Assembly: GCA_942493275.1 (NCBI GenBank)
Contig: OW818687.1
Coordinates: 1,857,918 to 1,921,917 of the forward strand
Direction: 5' to 3'
Origin: an uncultured Coriobacteriia bacterium
GTDB taxonomy: Bacteria > Actinomycetota > Coriobacteriia > Anaerosomatales > PHET01
DNA length: 64,000 nucleotides
Part shown: one piece after another, positions 1 through 12,638 of the stretch
Position numbering within the stretch: the stretch's first letter is position 1
How the letters are laid out: the number at the start of each line of letters is the position of its first letter
The notes under the pieces: model-generated
Told to the model about the DNA's origin: nothing
Database searches by the model: none
Seen by the model: the letters and a program-made list of their open reading frames with translations, nothing else
Program-made: the position numbers and the translations under genes

Positions 1-329
1 CCGTGCCGCTCATCATCATCGGGGTGCCGATCTTCGACACCGCCTCGGCGATCGTGCGGCGGCTGCGTCACAAGCGCCCGATCCAGGAGGCCGACAAGGG
101 TCACATCCACCACCGTCTTCTGGGAATCGGATTCAACCAGCGTCAGACCGTTCTGATCATCTACGCGTGGTGCATCGCGCTGTCGGTCGGAGGCTATGCC
201 GTGCGCTATGCGCCCGGGCCGGTGAAGCTGGCGGCACTCGTCGCGCTCTTTGTCATCACGGCGTTCATGGCGTACTGGCTGGGCCTTTACGAGGCCGCGC
301 ACCAGCACGCAGACGAGGGCGGCGAGTAG
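1..329 (+). CDS. C-terminal fragment of a polyprenyl-phosphate HexNAc-1-phosphate transferase (MraY/WecA/TagO family). The 5' end lies outside the window and the frame begins at nt 3.
   Basis: ORF 3..329. Block PIFDTASAIVRRL...KGHIHHRLL followed by two hydrophobic helices is typical of the WecA/TagO C-terminus. It sits directly upstream of the atp operon, as rfe/wecA does in mycobacteria. Confidence 0.75.
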   Translation, partial: VPLIIIGVPIFDTASAIVRRLRHKRPIQEADKGHIHHRLLGIGFNQRQTVLIIYAWCIALSVGGYAVRYAPGPVKLAALVALFVITAFMAYWLGLYEAAHQHADEGGE

Positions 330-618
330 GGGCTCGTTTCTCCTTGTCCGACCCTGAACCTTCCTGTACGATAAGTCCGCCTTCCGAGGCCCCCCGGTCC
401 GGACCCTCACGCACGAACGCTAGGGCAGTGCGAGTGGGTTCGAGAGGATGGTCCTTTCCGGACCGTCCGGCGGTCTTGGAAGCGTCAAACGAGTTGGGTC
501 GCAATAAGAGGGGTAAGGAACACTGACTCCCACGCCGGTCGATAGTCTCGTCGCGCTGCTTTCGCATCCTGTCGTTGCCGCCATTCTGGGCCTCGCATGC
601 GGGCTTGGTTTGTTGGCG

Positions 619-879
619 ATGTCGCGCAAGAGCTTCTTCTCCATCGACTCGGACGATCCCACTCGCGGCATCCTCATCGCTGGCATCGCACTCTTCGGCC
701 GTCTGTTCGTTGCGACGGTCGTTCTGTTTGTCTACAGCAAGTACGTCCCCGCGGGCTTTCCCGCTTTTGGTATCGCGCTCGCGGGTTCGTTTCTGATCGG
801 TTATATGGTCGAGCTGGTCCGGTACGCCGGCCTGCACAGGTACGCCCGACCTGAGGTCGGGCACCGGGATGGGAGGTAG
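619..879 (+). CDS. Small two-TM membrane protein, AtpI-like (ATP synthase protein I) by position
   Basis: ORF 610..879 begins with TTG; the ATG at 619 is more likely. Two hydrophobic helices, immediately upstream of atpB. The call rests on position only. Confidence 0.45.
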   Translation: MSRKSFFSIDSDDPTRGILIAGIALFGRLFVATVVLFVYSKYVPAGFPAFGIALAGSFLIGYMVELVRYAGLHRYARPEVGHRDGR

Positions 880-887
880 ATAGCAGC

Positions 888-1775
888 GTGAACCCCTTGG
901 ATCAGCTACCTGGAAAGATCGAAGAGCTCGTCCATGAGCTCTCGGTGCTGCCCTACAACGACATGCATACGACTGAGCCGGTGGTTTCGCCGTTGGTGCT
1001 CACGAACTATGTCGTGTGGGGCCTGTTCGCCGTTCTCGTGATCGGGACGCTGTTCTTCATCGTCGCGAGCAAGGAGCGTCGTCAGCTCAAGATGGTCGCC
1101 GATGGCGGTGCGGCCACGACGGCGCTGGCGCCGGCGGGCAAGCTTGTGGGCATGTTGGAGATGGGCGTCGAGTTCATCCGCAACATGGCCGTGGAGGTCA
1201 TCGGTGAGAAGGATGGTCCGAAGTACGTGCCGCTTCTCGGCGCGTTTTTCTTCTGGATCCTCACCGCGAACTTCCTTGGCCTGATCCCCGGCGGCAAGTC
1301 GATCGGCGGCGCCTTCGGCGCTTCCGTGGCACTCGCCCTCATCTCGTGGATCGTGTTCGTCTGGATCGGCTTCGCTAAGAACGGTGCGTTCGGCTATCTC
1401 AAGAGCCTGATTCCTTCGGGCGTCCGTGAGATGCCGCTCGCTGCGAGCATCCCGCTGGGAGGCTTCATCTTCCTGCTGGAGTTCATCTCGACGTTCCTCG
1501 TTCGACCGCTGACGCTCTCCGTTCGACTCTTCGCCAACCTGTACGCCGGTCACATCATCCTCGGCGTCTTCTCGGCGTTCGTCGCGCTGTTCTGGCCGAT
1601 CCTGGAGAAGAGCCTGGGTTGGTCCGTCGGCGGAGTGGCGGTGGGCGCGGTCTCGCTCGTGTTCTTGATTCTGATGTACGCCTTCGAGGTGTTCGTGGCC
1701 GTAATCCAGGCCTACGTGTTCACCATCCTCACGGCGGTCTACATCCAGAGCTCGGTCCACGCGTCCGAGCACTAA
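888..1775 (+). CDS. atpB: F0F1 ATP synthase subunit a
   Basis: Polytopic membrane protein with the conserved Arg block LSVRLFANLYAGH. First gene of the canonical atpBEFHAGDC order. Confidence 0.97.
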   Translation: MNPLDQLPGKIEELVHELSVLPYNDMHTTEPVVSPLVLTNYVVWGLFAVLVIGTLFFIVASKERRQLKMVADGGAATTALAPAGKLVGMLEMGVEFIRNMAVEVIGEKDGPKYVPLLGAFFFWILTANFLGLIPGGKSIGGAFGASVALALISWIVFVWIGFAKNGAFGYLKSLIPSGVREMPLAASIPLGGFIFLLEFISTFLVRPLTLSVRLFANLYAGHIILGVFSAFVALFWPILEKSLGWSVGGVAVGAVSLVFLILMYAFEVFVAVIQAYVFTILTAVYIQSSVHASEH

Positions 1776-1822
1776 GCACGGTAGTCTCCGGCACCCGCCG
1801 GTTACAACGACGGTTTGCATAA

Positions 1823-2077
<255 letters not shown>

Positions 2078-2107
2078 CACGCCGACACGCGGACGGAGGT
2101 TCGAAAA

Positions 2108-2686
2108 GTGTTTTCATTCGTTGAATACGCGTATGCGTCGGAGGGCGCCACGGAGGCAGCGGCCGAGTCAGGTCTTGCCGGCACGCTTGGTTCCGTGTAT
2201 CCCAACCCGGCCGCACTGTGGCCGACGTGGGTCGCGTTCCTGATCCTGTTCGTGCTGCTGTGGAAGTTCGCCTTCCCGGCCATCACGGCCATGCTCGACA
2301 AGCGTACCGACGCCATCCGGGAGTCCCTGGAGAAGGCCGAGGAGACCAAGGTCGAGGCCGAGCGCATGCTCGAGGAGTACAAGCAGCAGATGGCCGAGGC
2401 TCGCACCGAGGCCGGCAAGGTCATCGAGCAGGGCCGCAAGGTCGCTGAGACGATGAAGGACGAGATCGTCGCCAAGGCCAAGGAAGAGGCCGACCAGGTC
2501 GTCGCGAAGGCCCGTGAGGCCATCGTCGCCGAGCGCCAGGCCGCCATCGCCGAGCTGCAGACTTCGGTCGCCGATGTTTCGGTCGCCGTCGCCGGCAAGC
2601 TCATCGGCGAGAAGCTCTCGGCCGCCGATCACGCCAAGCTCATCGACCAGTACCTCTCAGAGGTGGGTGGCCTGAATGACAACTAG
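2108..2686 (+). CDS. atpF: F0F1 ATP synthase subunit b
   Basis: N-terminal TM helix followed by a long charged Ala/Glu/Lys-rich coiled coil, in the operon position of atpF. Confidence 0.93.
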   Translation: MFSFVEYAYASEGATEAAAESGLAGTLGSVYPNPAALWPTWVAFLILFVLLWKFAFPAITAMLDKRTDAIRESLEKAEETKVEAERMLEEYKQQMAEARTEAGKVIEQGRKVAETMKDEIVAKAKEEADQVVAKAREAIVAERQAAIAELQTSVADVSVAVAGKLIGEKLSAADHAKLIDQYLSEVGGLNDN

Positions 2687-3233
2687 CGAGATCGCAGGGA
2701 CCTACGCAAGGGTCCTGTTCGACCTCGCCGCAGCTGCGGACGCCGTTGACGCTACGGACGCCGGCATCAAAGCCGTCGCCGAAGCTGTCCGTGGTCATAT
2801 CGACCTGCGCCAGGCGCTCACCGACACGAGCGTCCCGGCCGAGAAGAAGCGCGACATCATGCGCGAGATCTTCGGTGACTCCGTGTCGCCCGAGGTCCTC
2901 GCGGTCGCGGGTCTCGCGGTCGATCGCGCCCACACCGAGCTCCTTGGTGAGGTCGCCCGCACGTTCGGCGAGATCGCCGAGAGGGAGCGTGGAATCGTCG
3001 TGGCCGAGGTCACGACCGCCATTGAACTCGATGACGCCACGCGCACCTCGATCGTCAACAAGTTGTCCGCCGCGCTGGCTCGGCCCGTCACGCTCCGTGA
3101 GCGTGTCGACGCCTCCATCGTCGGTGGCATCGTCATCAATGTCGCGGGCCGCGTGCTCGACGGGAGTCTTTCTTCCCAGCTCGACTCCATGCGCGCCACG
3201 CTCTCTACGACTCTGCAGGGAGGTGAGGCGTAG
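2676..3233 (+). CDS. atpH: F0F1 ATP synthase subunit delta (OSCP)
   Basis: 185 aa, overlaps the atpF stop, has a C-terminal GG(I/V)x(I/V)..G....DGS-type block, and lies between atpF and atpA. Confidence 0.92.
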   Translation: MTTSEIAGTYARVLFDLAAAADAVDATDAGIKAVAEAVRGHIDLRQALTDTSVPAEKKRDIMREIFGDSVSPEVLAVAGLAVDRAHTELLGEVARTFGEIAERERGIVVAEVTTAIELDDATRTSIVNKLSAALARPVTLRERVDASIVGGIVINVAGRVLDGSLSSQLDSMRATLSTTLQGGEA

Positions 3234-4799
3234 GTGGCTGAGATCACTGCTAGCGCCATTAACGATGTACTGAAAGCGCAACTGGACAAGTTCGTCGCAG
3301 AGGTTGACGTGCGTGAGGTAGGTACCGTCCTGCAGGTTGGAGACGGAATCGCACGCGTTGACGGACTGCGTGGAGCCATGGCTGGTGAGCTTCTCGAGTT
3401 CATGGCCGAAGGTGGCCAGGTTGTGTACGGAATGGCCCTCAACCTCGATGAGGATGAGGTCGGCGCCGTTCTTCTGGGCGGCCTCCAATCGATCAAGGAG
3501 AACGACACGGTTCGCACCACGGGCCGCGTCGTCGAAGTGCCGTCCGGCCGCGCCATGCTGGGCCGCATCGTGGACCCGCTCGGCCAGCCGCTTGACGGCA
3601 AGGGCCCGATCGCGGCCGAGGGCGTACGCCCGGTCGAGTTCCGCGCTCCCGGCGTCATCGAGCGCAAGGGCGTTCACGAGCCGCTCCAGACCGGCATCAT
3701 GGCCATCGACTCGATGATTCCCGTCGGTCGTGGCCAGCGCGAGTTGATCATCGGTGACCGTCAGACCGGTAAGACGGCTGTCGCCATCGACACGATCATC
3801 AACCAGAAGGGCAAGGACGTCATCTGCATCTACGTCGCGATCGGCCAGAAGGCCTCTACGGTCGCCGGCGTGGTCGAGACGCTTGCCCAGCACGGCGCGA
3901 TGGACTACACGATCATCGTCGCCGCCAACGCGTCCGACCCTGCGCCGATGCAGTACCTGGCCCCGATGTCGGGCGCCGCGATCGGTGAGTACTTCATGTA
4001 CAACGGCGAGGACGGCAAGCCCGCGAACCAGGACAACCCGGGTCGCGCGGTCCTTTGCGTCTACGACGACCTGTCCAAGCAGGCTGTCGCGTATCGCCAG
4101 ATGTCGCTCACGCTGCGCCGCCCGCCGGGCCGCGAGGCTTACCCGGGTGACGTCTTCTACCTGCACAGCCGCCTTCTGGAGCGCGCGGTCAAGATGTCTG
4201 ATGTCGAAGGCGCCGGTTCGCTCACGGCCCTGCCGGTCATCGAGACTCAGGCCGGTGACGTGTCGGCCTACATCCCGACCAACGTCATCTCCATCACCGA
4301 CGGCCAGATCTTCTTGCAGTCGGACCTGTTCTTCCAGGGCGTACGCCCCGCCATCAACGTTGGTATCTCCGTCTCTCGGGTCGGCGGTAACGCACAGGTG
4401 AAGGCGATGAAGCAGGTCGCGGGTTCGCTGCGTCTGGACCTCGCGAACTACCGCTCACTCGCGGCGTTCGCCCAGTTCGGCAGCGACCTCGACAAGTCGA
4501 CGCAGGACACGCTCGCTCGTGGTGCGCGTCTCGTCGAGCTCCTCAAGCAGGGGCAGTACGCCCCCATGCCTGTCGAGCACCAGGTCGTCGCGATCTTCGC
4601 GGGTACGAAGGGCTTCCTCGACGATCTCGATCCTGCCAAGGTGCCGGCGTTCCGCGACGGTCTCATCCAGTTCGTGGGCAGCGCGTATCCCGAGGTCGGC
4701 AAAGCGATCGTGGACACCAAGACGATCTCCGATGAAACCGCCGAGGCTCTCTCGAAGGCGATCACGGAGTTCAAGGCCCAGTTCACGGCCGGGGAGTAG
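3234..4799 (+). CDS. atpA: F0F1 ATP synthase subunit alpha
   Basis: Walker A GDRQTGKT, plus the blocks [10 protein letters not shown] and [18 protein letters not shown]. Confidence 0.99.
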   Translation: MAEITASAINDVLKAQLDKFVAEVDVREVGTVLQVGDGIARVDGLRGAMAGELLEFMAEGGQVVYGMALNLDEDEVGAVLLGGLQSIKENDTVRTTGRVVEVPSGRAMLGRIVDPLGQPLDGKGPIAAEGVRPVEFRAPGVIERKGVHEPLQTGIMAIDSMIPVGRGQRELIIGDRQTGKTAVAIDTIINQKGKDVICIYVAIGQKASTVAGVVETLAQHGAMDYTIIVAANASDPAPMQYLAPMSGAAIGEYFMYNGEDGKPANQDNPGRAVLCVYDDLSKQAVAYRQMSLTLRRPPGREAYPGDVFYLHSRLLERAVKMSDVEGAGSLTALPVIETQAGDVSAYIPTNVISITDGQIFLQSDLFFQGVRPAINVGISVSRVGGNAQVKAMKQVAGSLRLDLANYRSLAAFAQFGSDLDKSTQDTLARGARLVELLKQGQYAPMPVEHQVVAIFAGTKGFLDDLDPAKVPAFRDGLIQFVGSAYPEVGKAIVDTKTISDETAEALSKAITEFKAQFTAGE

Positions 4800-4802
4800 C
4801 AC

Positions 4803-5693
4803 ATGCCCAACCTGAGAGACATCAAGCAGCGGATCGACAGCACGCATAGCACGCGTCAGATCACGCGCACCATGGAGATGGTCTCGACGGCCAAGATCAA
4901 GAAGGCGCAGGAGCGCATCGAGGCGGCACGTCCGTACGCCCTCTCGATGATGGAGGTCCTCGGCAACGTCGCCCGCTTCGCGGTCGGCGCCACCCACCCG
5001 CTGCTCGCGGAGCACGAGAAGCGTGAGCGTGTGATCGTGATCGCCGTGACCTCGGACCGTGGCCTCGCCGGCGCGTTCAACTCGTCCATCATCCGTCTCG
5101 CCGAGACGGCGATGCGCGACGAGACCGCCGCGGGTGCCAAGGTCGACCTGATCACGGTGGGCAAGAAGGCCGGCGCGTACTTCCGCTACCGCGGAGTCGA
5201 GCCCGTCGCCACCTACCGTGACATCTCTGACAAGCCCACCTTCGGTGACGCGAAGGCGATTGCCTCGAACTTCATCTCCGCCTATTCGGCCGAGGAAGTC
5301 GATGCGGTCTACATCGCCTTCAACAGGTTCAAGAACGTCGCCGAGCAGCTCCCGGAGATGCACCAGCTCCTGCCCATCGAGCGTCGCGTGATGACTGAAG
5401 CGGCTGAGGAAGTCGAGTCGCACAAGGTCAATGCGGAGTACCAGTTCGAGCCGGACGCAGAGTCCGTTCTCGAGATGCTGCTTCCCACGTACGTCGAGAC
5501 GCTCATCTACCGCGCCCTCATGGAGTCCGCGGCCTCTGAGCACGGCGCACGCCGCAAGGCGATGAAGTCCGCCACCGACAACGCCTCCGAGATGATCACG
5601 ACCCTGACGCGCAGCTACAACCGCGCACGCCAGGCCGCGATCACCCAGGAGATCGCCGAGATCGTCGGCGGCGCGGCGGCTCTGGAGGATTAG
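4803..5693 (+). CDS. atpG: F0F1 ATP synthase subunit gamma
   Basis: N-terminal LRDIKQRI.S...T.QIT.AM and C-terminal NRARQAAITQEI.EIV blocks. Confidence 0.98.
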   Translation: MPNLRDIKQRIDSTHSTRQITRTMEMVSTAKIKKAQERIEAARPYALSMMEVLGNVARFAVGATHPLLAEHEKRERVIVIAVTSDRGLAGAFNSSIIRLAETAMRDETAAGAKVDLITVGKKAGAYFRYRGVEPVATYRDISDKPTFGDAKAIASNFISAYSAEEVDAVYIAFNRFKNVAEQLPEMHQLLPIERRVMTEAAEEVESHKVNAEYQFEPDAESVLEMLLPTYVETLIYRALMESAASEHGARRKAMKSATDNASEMITTLTRSYNRARQAAITQEIAEIVGGAAALED

Positions 5694-7130
<1,437 letters not shown>

Positions 7131-7142
7131 GGGAGCGATGGA

Positions 7143-7568
7143 ATGGCACGCACACTACTGTGCGAGGTGATCACCCCGGAACGCATCCTCCACTCAAGTG
7201 AGGTGAGGATGGTCGTCGCCATGACGACCGCCGGTGAGGTCGGCATCCTTCCGCTGCACGCGCCGCTCGTGACCACGCTCGCTCCGGGCGAAGTCCGGCT
7301 GCAGTACGGCGAGGCGGCCAACGAGTGGGAGGTCTTCTCGATCGCCGGTGGCTACATGCAGGTGCACGAGGACAAGGTTATCGTGCTCGCCGATCAGGCG
7401 ATCGCCATCTCCAATATCGACAAAGCACGCGCCCTTGAGTCCAAGGAACGCGTCATGGCCGAGCTGGCCGAGCTGCCCGTCGATGCTGAGGACAGGCGCG
7501 CCGAGTGCGAGCGCGAGCTCCTGTGGTGCGATCTGCAGCTCAAGGCTGCCGAGAAGCGTTCGCGCTAG
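7143..7568 (+). CDS. atpC: F0F1 ATP synthase subunit epsilon
   Basis: 141 aa, last gene of the operon, with an N-terminal beta-sandwich-type sequence and a C-terminal helical hairpin. Confidence 0.93.
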   Translation: MARTLLCEVITPERILHSSEVRMVVAMTTAGEVGILPLHAPLVTTLAPGEVRLQYGEAANEWEVFSIAGGYMQVHEDKVIVLADQAIAISNIDKARALESKERVMAELAELPVDAEDRRAECERELLWCDLQLKAAEKRSR

Positions 7569-7594
7569 ACACGAACGCATGTCGATAGAGGTTC

Positions 7595-7625
7595 GGAAGG
7601 GGCGGGAGCATATCCCGCCCCTTCC
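7595..7625 (+). terminator. Stem-loop terminator candidate after the atp operon
   Basis: Perfect 13-bp GC-rich stem GGAAGGGGCGGGA / TCCCGCCCCTTCC with a 5-nt loop, 27 nt after the atpC stop, followed by TCTGTT (weak U-tract). Confidence 0.6.
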
Positions 7626-7674
7626 TCTGTTCACGGTGGGGTGACGGCCAAGCACGCCCGGGGCGGTGGTGGGG

Positions 7675-7680
7675 TATCCT
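7675..7680 (+). promoter_or_regulatory. Candidate -10 element (TATCCT, fits TANNNT) placing a transcription start at or next to the murA ATG (possible leaderless mRNA)
   Basis: The hexamer ends 7 nt before the A of the ATG at 7688, and there is no GGAGG-type SD in the intervening CTCGGGC. Confidence 0.3.
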
Positions 7681-7687
7681 CTCGGGC

Positions 7688-8971
7688 ATGGAATCCATCA
7701 TTGTTCGTGGAGGCAACCGCCTCGAGGGGGAAGTCAAGGTCGAGGGCGCAAAGAACTCCGCGCTCAAGCTCATGGCGGCCGCACTCCTCGCTCCGGGAGT
7801 CTCGCGCATCACCAACGTCCCGGACATCGCCGACGTCGACATCATGTCCGAGGTCCTCGGCGTCCTCGGCGCACACGTGACACGCTCAAAGCACGCCCTC
7901 GAGATAGACGCGACCGGCCTTACCGGCGCTGATACCCCCTACGAGCTCGTCGCCAAAATGCGCGCCTCGATCGCAGTGCTCGGCCCGCTCGTGGCCCGGC
8001 TCGGCGAGGCTCGGGTGGCATTGCCGGGCGGCTGCAACATCGGGTCCCGCAAGATCGACATGCACCTGCGCGGCCTCGAGCAGCTTGGCGCCGAGATCAC
8101 ATTCGGGCACGGGTTCGTGCACGCGAAGGCGCCGGATGGCGGGCTCGTCGGCACGCGTGTCACGCTCGAGTTTCCCAGCGTGGGCGCGACTGAGAACCTG
8201 CTGATGGCCTCGGTCCTGGCTCACGGCACCACCGTCATCGAGAATGCGGCGCGAGAGCCGGAGATCGTCGACCTCGCCACCATGCTCATCGGGATGGGAG
8301 CGCGCGTCACCGGCGCAGGCAGCCCGTCCATCACCGTCGAGGGGGTGGAGTCGCTCCACCCCGTTGAGCACCGGGTCGTAGGCGACCGTGTCGAGGCCGG
8401 TACCTTCATCGTCGCCGGCGCGATCACGAAGGGCCGGGTCACCGTCCGCGGCTTCGACCCGGCTCACCTCGAGCTCGTGCTCATCAAGCTCGCCGAGACC
8501 GGCTGCCACGTCGAGCGGCTTGCAGACGGCGTCACCGTTGACTGCCCCGACGGTCCGCTTCGGGCCATCGATATCCAGACGCTGCCGTTCCCGGGCTTTC
8601 CCACGGACATGCAGGCGCAGTTCATGGCGCTCGTCGCACTTGCCGAGGGGGGCTCGATCATCACCGAGAACGTCTTCGAGAACCGGTTCATGTTCGCCGA
8701 CGAGCTGTCCCGCATGGGCGCCGACATCCGCATCGAGGGGCATCACGCGCTCGTCAACGGGGTGAGGGCGCTGTCCGGCGCGCCGGTGCGCAGCACCGAC
8801 CTGCGCGGGGGAGCGGCGCTCGTCCTGGCCGGACTCGCTGCAGAGGGTGAGACGGTCGTGAGCGACGTTTACCACATCGATCGGGGCTACGAGCGCTTCG
8901 TGGAGAAGCTCGCCGCGCTGGGCGCCGACATCAGTCGCACTCAGGCCGCCGGTTCACCGGCAGCCTGCTGA
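7688..8971 (+). CDS. murA: UDP-N-acetylglucosamine 1-carboxyvinyltransferase
   Basis: Full-length 427 aa. Contains the active-site loop [13 protein letters not shown] (catalytic Cys) and [11 protein letters not shown]. Confidence 0.98.
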   Translation: MESIIVRGGNRLEGEVKVEGAKNSALKLMAAALLAPGVSRITNVPDIADVDIMSEVLGVLGAHVTRSKHALEIDATGLTGADTPYELVAKMRASIAVLGPLVARLGEARVALPGGCNIGSRKIDMHLRGLEQLGAEITFGHGFVHAKAPDGGLVGTRVTLEFPSVGATENLLMASVLAHGTTVIENAAREPEIVDLATMLIGMGARVTGAGSPSITVEGVESLHPVEHRVVGDRVEAGTFIVAGAITKGRVTVRGFDPAHLELVLIKLAETGCHVERLADGVTVDCPDGPLRAIDIQTLPFPGFPTDMQAQFMALVALAEGGSIITENVFENRFMFADELSRMGADIRIEGHHALVNGVRALSGAPVRSTDLRGGAALVLAGLAAEGETVVSDVYHIDRGYERFVEKLAALGADISRTQAAGSPAAC

Positions 8972-8996
8972 GCCGCATCCGAGAAGGGGAGTGACC

Positions 8997-9419
8997 ATGC
9001 TCGACCGTGAGGCTATCGAAGCCATAATCCCGCACCGCCACCCGTTCCTGCTCGTCGACCGCGTCGAGGAGTTCGAGCCGGGTGTCTCGGCGGTGGGGAT
9101 CCTTGAGGTGACCGACCAGATGTTCTGGGTGCCCGGGCACTTTCCCGAGTACGCGGTCATGCCCGGCGTGCTCATCGTCGAGGCGCTCGCCCAGGCGGGG
9201 GCCGTCGCGTTGCTGAGCCTGGACGAGAACAAGGGCAAGCTCGCGTTCTTCGCCGGCATCGACAAGGTGCGATTCAAGCGGCAGGTGGTGCCGGGCGACA
9301 CCCTGCGACTGGAGTGCAAGATCACTCGCATGCGCGGCCCGATCGGCTTTGGTGAAGCGACCGCAACGGTCGGTGGTGAACTCGCCTGTTCTGGCGAGTT
9401 GATGTTCGCGATAAAATAG
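8997..9419 (+). CDS. fabZ: 3-hydroxyacyl-ACP dehydratase FabZ
   Basis: Contains [13 protein letters not shown] and [17 protein letters not shown]. The ATG at 8997 has better SD spacing (GAAGGGGAG) than the GTG at 8991. Confidence 0.95.
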   Translation: MLDREAIEAIIPHRHPFLLVDRVEEFEPGVSAVGILEVTDQMFWVPGHFPEYAVMPGVLIVEALAQAGAVALLSLDENKGKLAFFAGIDKVRFKRQVVPGDTLRLECKITRMRGPIGFGEATATVGGELACSGELMFAIK

Positions 9420-9480
9420 CAAGGTTGACGACCGGGGCGGGAGGTCCACTTCCGCCGCGCTACGAATAGGACTGGAGCCC

Positions 9481-10776
9481 ATGGGACTCGAAGAGCGTTT
9501 GCGCGACGGTAGTGCGGTGTTCGGCGTTGTCGGACTCGGCTACGTCGGACTGCCCCTGGCCGTCGAGATGGCCAAGGAGGGCAACCGGGTCATCGGCCTG
9601 GAGGTCTCGCAGGGCAAGACCGACGAAGTCAATGCGGGTCGGAGCTACATCCCCGACGTGCCCACCGAGGAACTCGCCCCACTCGTGGAGCAGGGTCTGA
9701 TCAGCGCGACCACGGACTTTTCGCGTGTCGCCGAGTGTGATGCGGTCGCGATCTGCGTCCCCACGCCGCTCAACAAGATGAAGGAGCCGGACGTCTCCTA
9801 CATGGTCTCGGCGACCGAGGCGCTCACGCCGTACCTGCGTCCCGAGATGCTCATCACCATGGAATCGACCACGTATCCCGGCACCACGGACGAGATCGTG
9901 CGCCCCATCCTGGAGGCCGGCGGCCTGAAGGTGGGCACCGATATCTACCTCGCCTTCTCCCCCGAGCGCGTTGATCCGGGAAACCCCGTGTACCAGACCA
10001 AGAACACGCCCAAGGTCGTCGGCGGTCAGACCCCGCGATGCACCGAGATGGCGGTCGCGTTCTACGAGAGCTTCCTCGACACCGTGGTCCCGGTCTCCTC
10101 GACCCGCGCGGCCGAGATGACCAAGCTCCTCGAAAACATCTTCCGCTGCGTCAACATCGCGCTCGTCAACGAGCTGCTGATGCTGTGCGAGCGCATGGAC
10201 ATCAACATCTGGGAGGTCGTGGACGCGGCCAAGACCAAGCCGTTCGGCTTCATGCCGTTCTACCCGGGCCCCGGTCTGGGCGGTCACTGCATTCCGATCG
10301 ACCCGTTCTACCTGTCGTGGAAGGCTCGTGAGTTCGACTTCCACACCGAGTTCATCGAGCTGTCCGGCAAGGTGAACGAGAACATGCCGTACTACGTGGT
10401 CACGCGCTTGATGTCGGCGCTCAACACGCGTCGCAAGGCGCTCGCGGGCAGCCGGGTACTGGTGCTCGGAGTCGCCTACAAGAACGACATCGACGACATG
10501 CGCGAGAGCCCGGCGATCAAGATCATCGACCTGCTCCTCGACAACGATGCCGAGGTCGTCTACCACGACCCCTACGTGCCTGAGTATCACGAGGACGGTC
10601 GCACGGTCCCGTACGTGGACCTGACCGAGCGAGAGCTCGCCGATGCCGATGCCGTGCTCATCGTCGCGGCACACCGCAACCTCGACTACGACCTCGTGGT
10701 GCGCTCGGCAGATCTGATCCTCGATACGCGTAACGCCCTCAAGGACTTCGCGAGCGATAAGGTGGTTCGCCTGTGA
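9481..10776 (+). CDS. UDP-N-acetyl-D-glucosamine (or -mannosamine) 6-dehydrogenase, WbpA/WecC-type nucleotide-sugar dehydrogenase
   Basis: N-terminal Rossmann motif VVGLGYVGLPLA and catalytic Cys block GLGGHCIPIDP. First gene of a WbpA-B-D-E-I-like string. Confidence 0.9.
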   Translation: MGLEERLRDGSAVFGVVGLGYVGLPLAVEMAKEGNRVIGLEVSQGKTDEVNAGRSYIPDVPTEELAPLVEQGLISATTDFSRVAECDAVAICVPTPLNKMKEPDVSYMVSATEALTPYLRPEMLITMESTTYPGTTDEIVRPILEAGGLKVGTDIYLAFSPERVDPGNPVYQTKNTPKVVGGQTPRCTEMAVAFYESFLDTVVPVSSTRAAEMTKLLENIFRCVNIALVNELLMLCERMDINIWEVVDAAKTKPFGFMPFYPGPGLGGHCIPIDPFYLSWKAREFDFHTEFIELSGKVNENMPYYVVTRLMSALNTRRKALAGSRVLVLGVAYKNDIDDMRESPAIKIIDLLLDNDAEVVYHDPYVPEYHEDGRTVPYVDLTERELADADAVLIVAAHRNLDYDLVVRSADLILDTRNALKDFASDKVVRL

Positions 10777-11798
10777 GCGCTCCCATCGGAGTTGGTGTCG
10801 TCGGGTTCGGTTACTGGGGCCCAAACCTCGTCCGCAACGTGGATAGACTCGGGGACGCGCGCCTGCTGGCGTGCTGTGATCTGTCCGAGGACAACCTCAA
10901 GCGCTTCTCGGCGGCGTATCCGGAGGTCGACGTCACGAGCGACCTCGGTGCGATGCTCGCCCGGGAGGACATCGGAGCGGTTGTCGTCGCGACGTCGGCA
11001 CCGAGCCATCACGCCATCGCCAAGCAGGTCATCGAGGCCGGCAAGCACTGCTTCGTCGAGAAGCCGCTGACCCTGACCTCAGCGCATGCCGAGGAGCTCG
11101 TGCGCCTCGCCGACGCCAAGGGCGTCACGCTGATGACCGGGCACCTCATGGTCTACCACACCGCCATCAACTGGATTCGCGACTACATCGCCTCAGGCGA
11201 GCTCGGCGACGTGCTCTACGTCTACCTGCAGCGTCTGAACCTGGGCAAGGTTCGCACCGAGGAGAACGCTTTCTGGTCGCTGGCTCCTCACGACGTCTCG
11301 ATCGCGCTCTATCTGCTCGGCGAGACGCCCGACCGCGTCTCGGCCAACGGCGCCGACTACGTGACGCCGGGTGTACACGACACCGTCTTTGCGAACTTGC
11401 ACTTCCCGAGCGGTCGCATGGCCAACATCCACGTGAGCTGGCTCGACCCCCACAAGGTCCGCAAGCTCACCGTCGTCGGCACCAAGAAGATGCTCGTGTT
11501 CGACGACATGGAGGCCACCGAGAAGATATGGATCTACGACAAGGGTCTCGGTGCTCCCGAGGACGCGATGTCGTGGAACCAGGACCTCACACTGCGCTTC
11601 GGCGACATCACCGTGCCGTTCGTGCAGATGAAGGAGCCTCTCTCCATCGAGGTCCAGCACTTCCTCGACTGCTGTAACAACGGCGAGAAGCCGCGCAGCG
11701 ACGGCCGTGACGGTCTTGCGGTCGTTCGCGTGCTGGAGGCCGTCGATGAGTCGATGGCCGGCGGCGGCGCCCCGATCGACATCGCGCTGGAGGTCTGA
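10773..11798 (+). CDS. Gfo/Idh/MocA oxidoreductase, WbpB-like (UDP-GlcNAcA 3-dehydrogenase type)
   Basis: Contains GVVGFGYWGPNLVRN and the EKP motif (CFVEKPL). GTGA overlap with the upstream gene. Confidence 0.8.
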   Translation: MSAPIGVGVVGFGYWGPNLVRNVDRLGDARLLACCDLSEDNLKRFSAAYPEVDVTSDLGAMLAREDIGAVVVATSAPSHHAIAKQVIEAGKHCFVEKPLTLTSAHAEELVRLADAKGVTLMTGHLMVYHTAINWIRDYIASGELGDVLYVYLQRLNLGKVRTEENAFWSLAPHDVSIALYLLGETPDRVSANGADYVTPGVHDTVFANLHFPSGRMANIHVSWLDPHKVRKLTVVGTKKMLVFDDMEATEKIWIYDKGLGAPEDAMSWNQDLTLRFGDITVPFVQMKEPLSIEVQHFLDCCNNGEKPRSDGRDGLAVVRVLEAVDESMAGGGAPIDIALEV

Positions 11799-11800
11799 AC

Positions 11801-12553
11801 ATGAACGACTTGGTCACCATCGACGCCGGCGCTCGCATCGAGCCCGGCGTCTCGCTTGGTAGCTTCGTGGTGGTCGAGGCGGGTGCGGTGATCGGATCCG
11901 ATTGCGTCATCGGAAACCACGTCACCATCTGCGAGGGCGCCGAGATCGGAGCCGGGACGGTCATCTCGGACTTCGCGATCGTGGGTAAGCGTCCCAAGCT
12001 GTCGCCGCGCTCGACCGCCAAGGGCGGCCCCCTTCCGGGAGTCGTGGTGGGCGAGGGGTGCGCGATCGGGTCGCACACGGTCGTCATGGCCGGGACCACG
12101 CTGGGCAACGGCGTTATCGTCGGCGACAACGCCGGCATCCGCGAGCGCTGCTCGGTGGGCGATTCGGCGGTCGTGGGCCGCAGCGTGACGGTGGAGAACG
12201 ACACCTCGATCGGCGCTCGGACCAAGATTCAGAGCGGCGCCTACATCACCGCCTACGTGACGCTCGAGGACGACGTCTTCATCGCGCCGATGGTCGTCAC
12301 CACCAACGACAACTACATGGGCCGTACCGAGAAGCGCTTCGCCGAGCTCAAGGGCTGCACCGTGCGGCGCGGCGCGCGTGTCGGCGGCGGGTGCCACATC
12401 CTCCCCGGCATTGAGATCGGCGAGGAGGCGTTTGTCGCCACCGGTTCGGTGGTCACCCGCGACGTGCCCGCAGGCAAGCTCGTGATGGGCGTGCCCGCGA
12501 AGGTCATCAAAGACGTGCCCGCCGACGAGCTGCTCGAGAATCAGGCCCGGTAA
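11801..12553 (+). CDS. Left-handed beta-helix (hexapeptide-repeat) N-acetyltransferase, WbpD-like
   Basis: Successive [LIV]-G-x-x-x-x hexapeptide turns throughout, and it lies between the oxidoreductase and the aminotransferase. Confidence 0.8.
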   Translation: MNDLVTIDAGARIEPGVSLGSFVVVEAGAVIGSDCVIGNHVTICEGAEIGAGTVISDFAIVGKRPKLSPRSTAKGGPLPGVVVGEGCAIGSHTVVMAGTTLGNGVIVGDNAGIRERCSVGDSAVVGRSVTVENDTSIGARTKIQSGAYITAYVTLEDDVFIAPMVVTTNDNYMGRTEKRFAELKGCTVRRGARVGGGCHILPGIEIGEEAFVATGSVVTRDVPAGKLVMGVPAKVIKDVPADELLENQAR

Positions 12554-12638
12554 CGGCTCGGTACCGCGCCTGGCGTGTGTGCCCGGGCTGCTTCACACTG
12601 AACGCAACGACCGTAGATGAAGGAGAGCGAAAGTATCC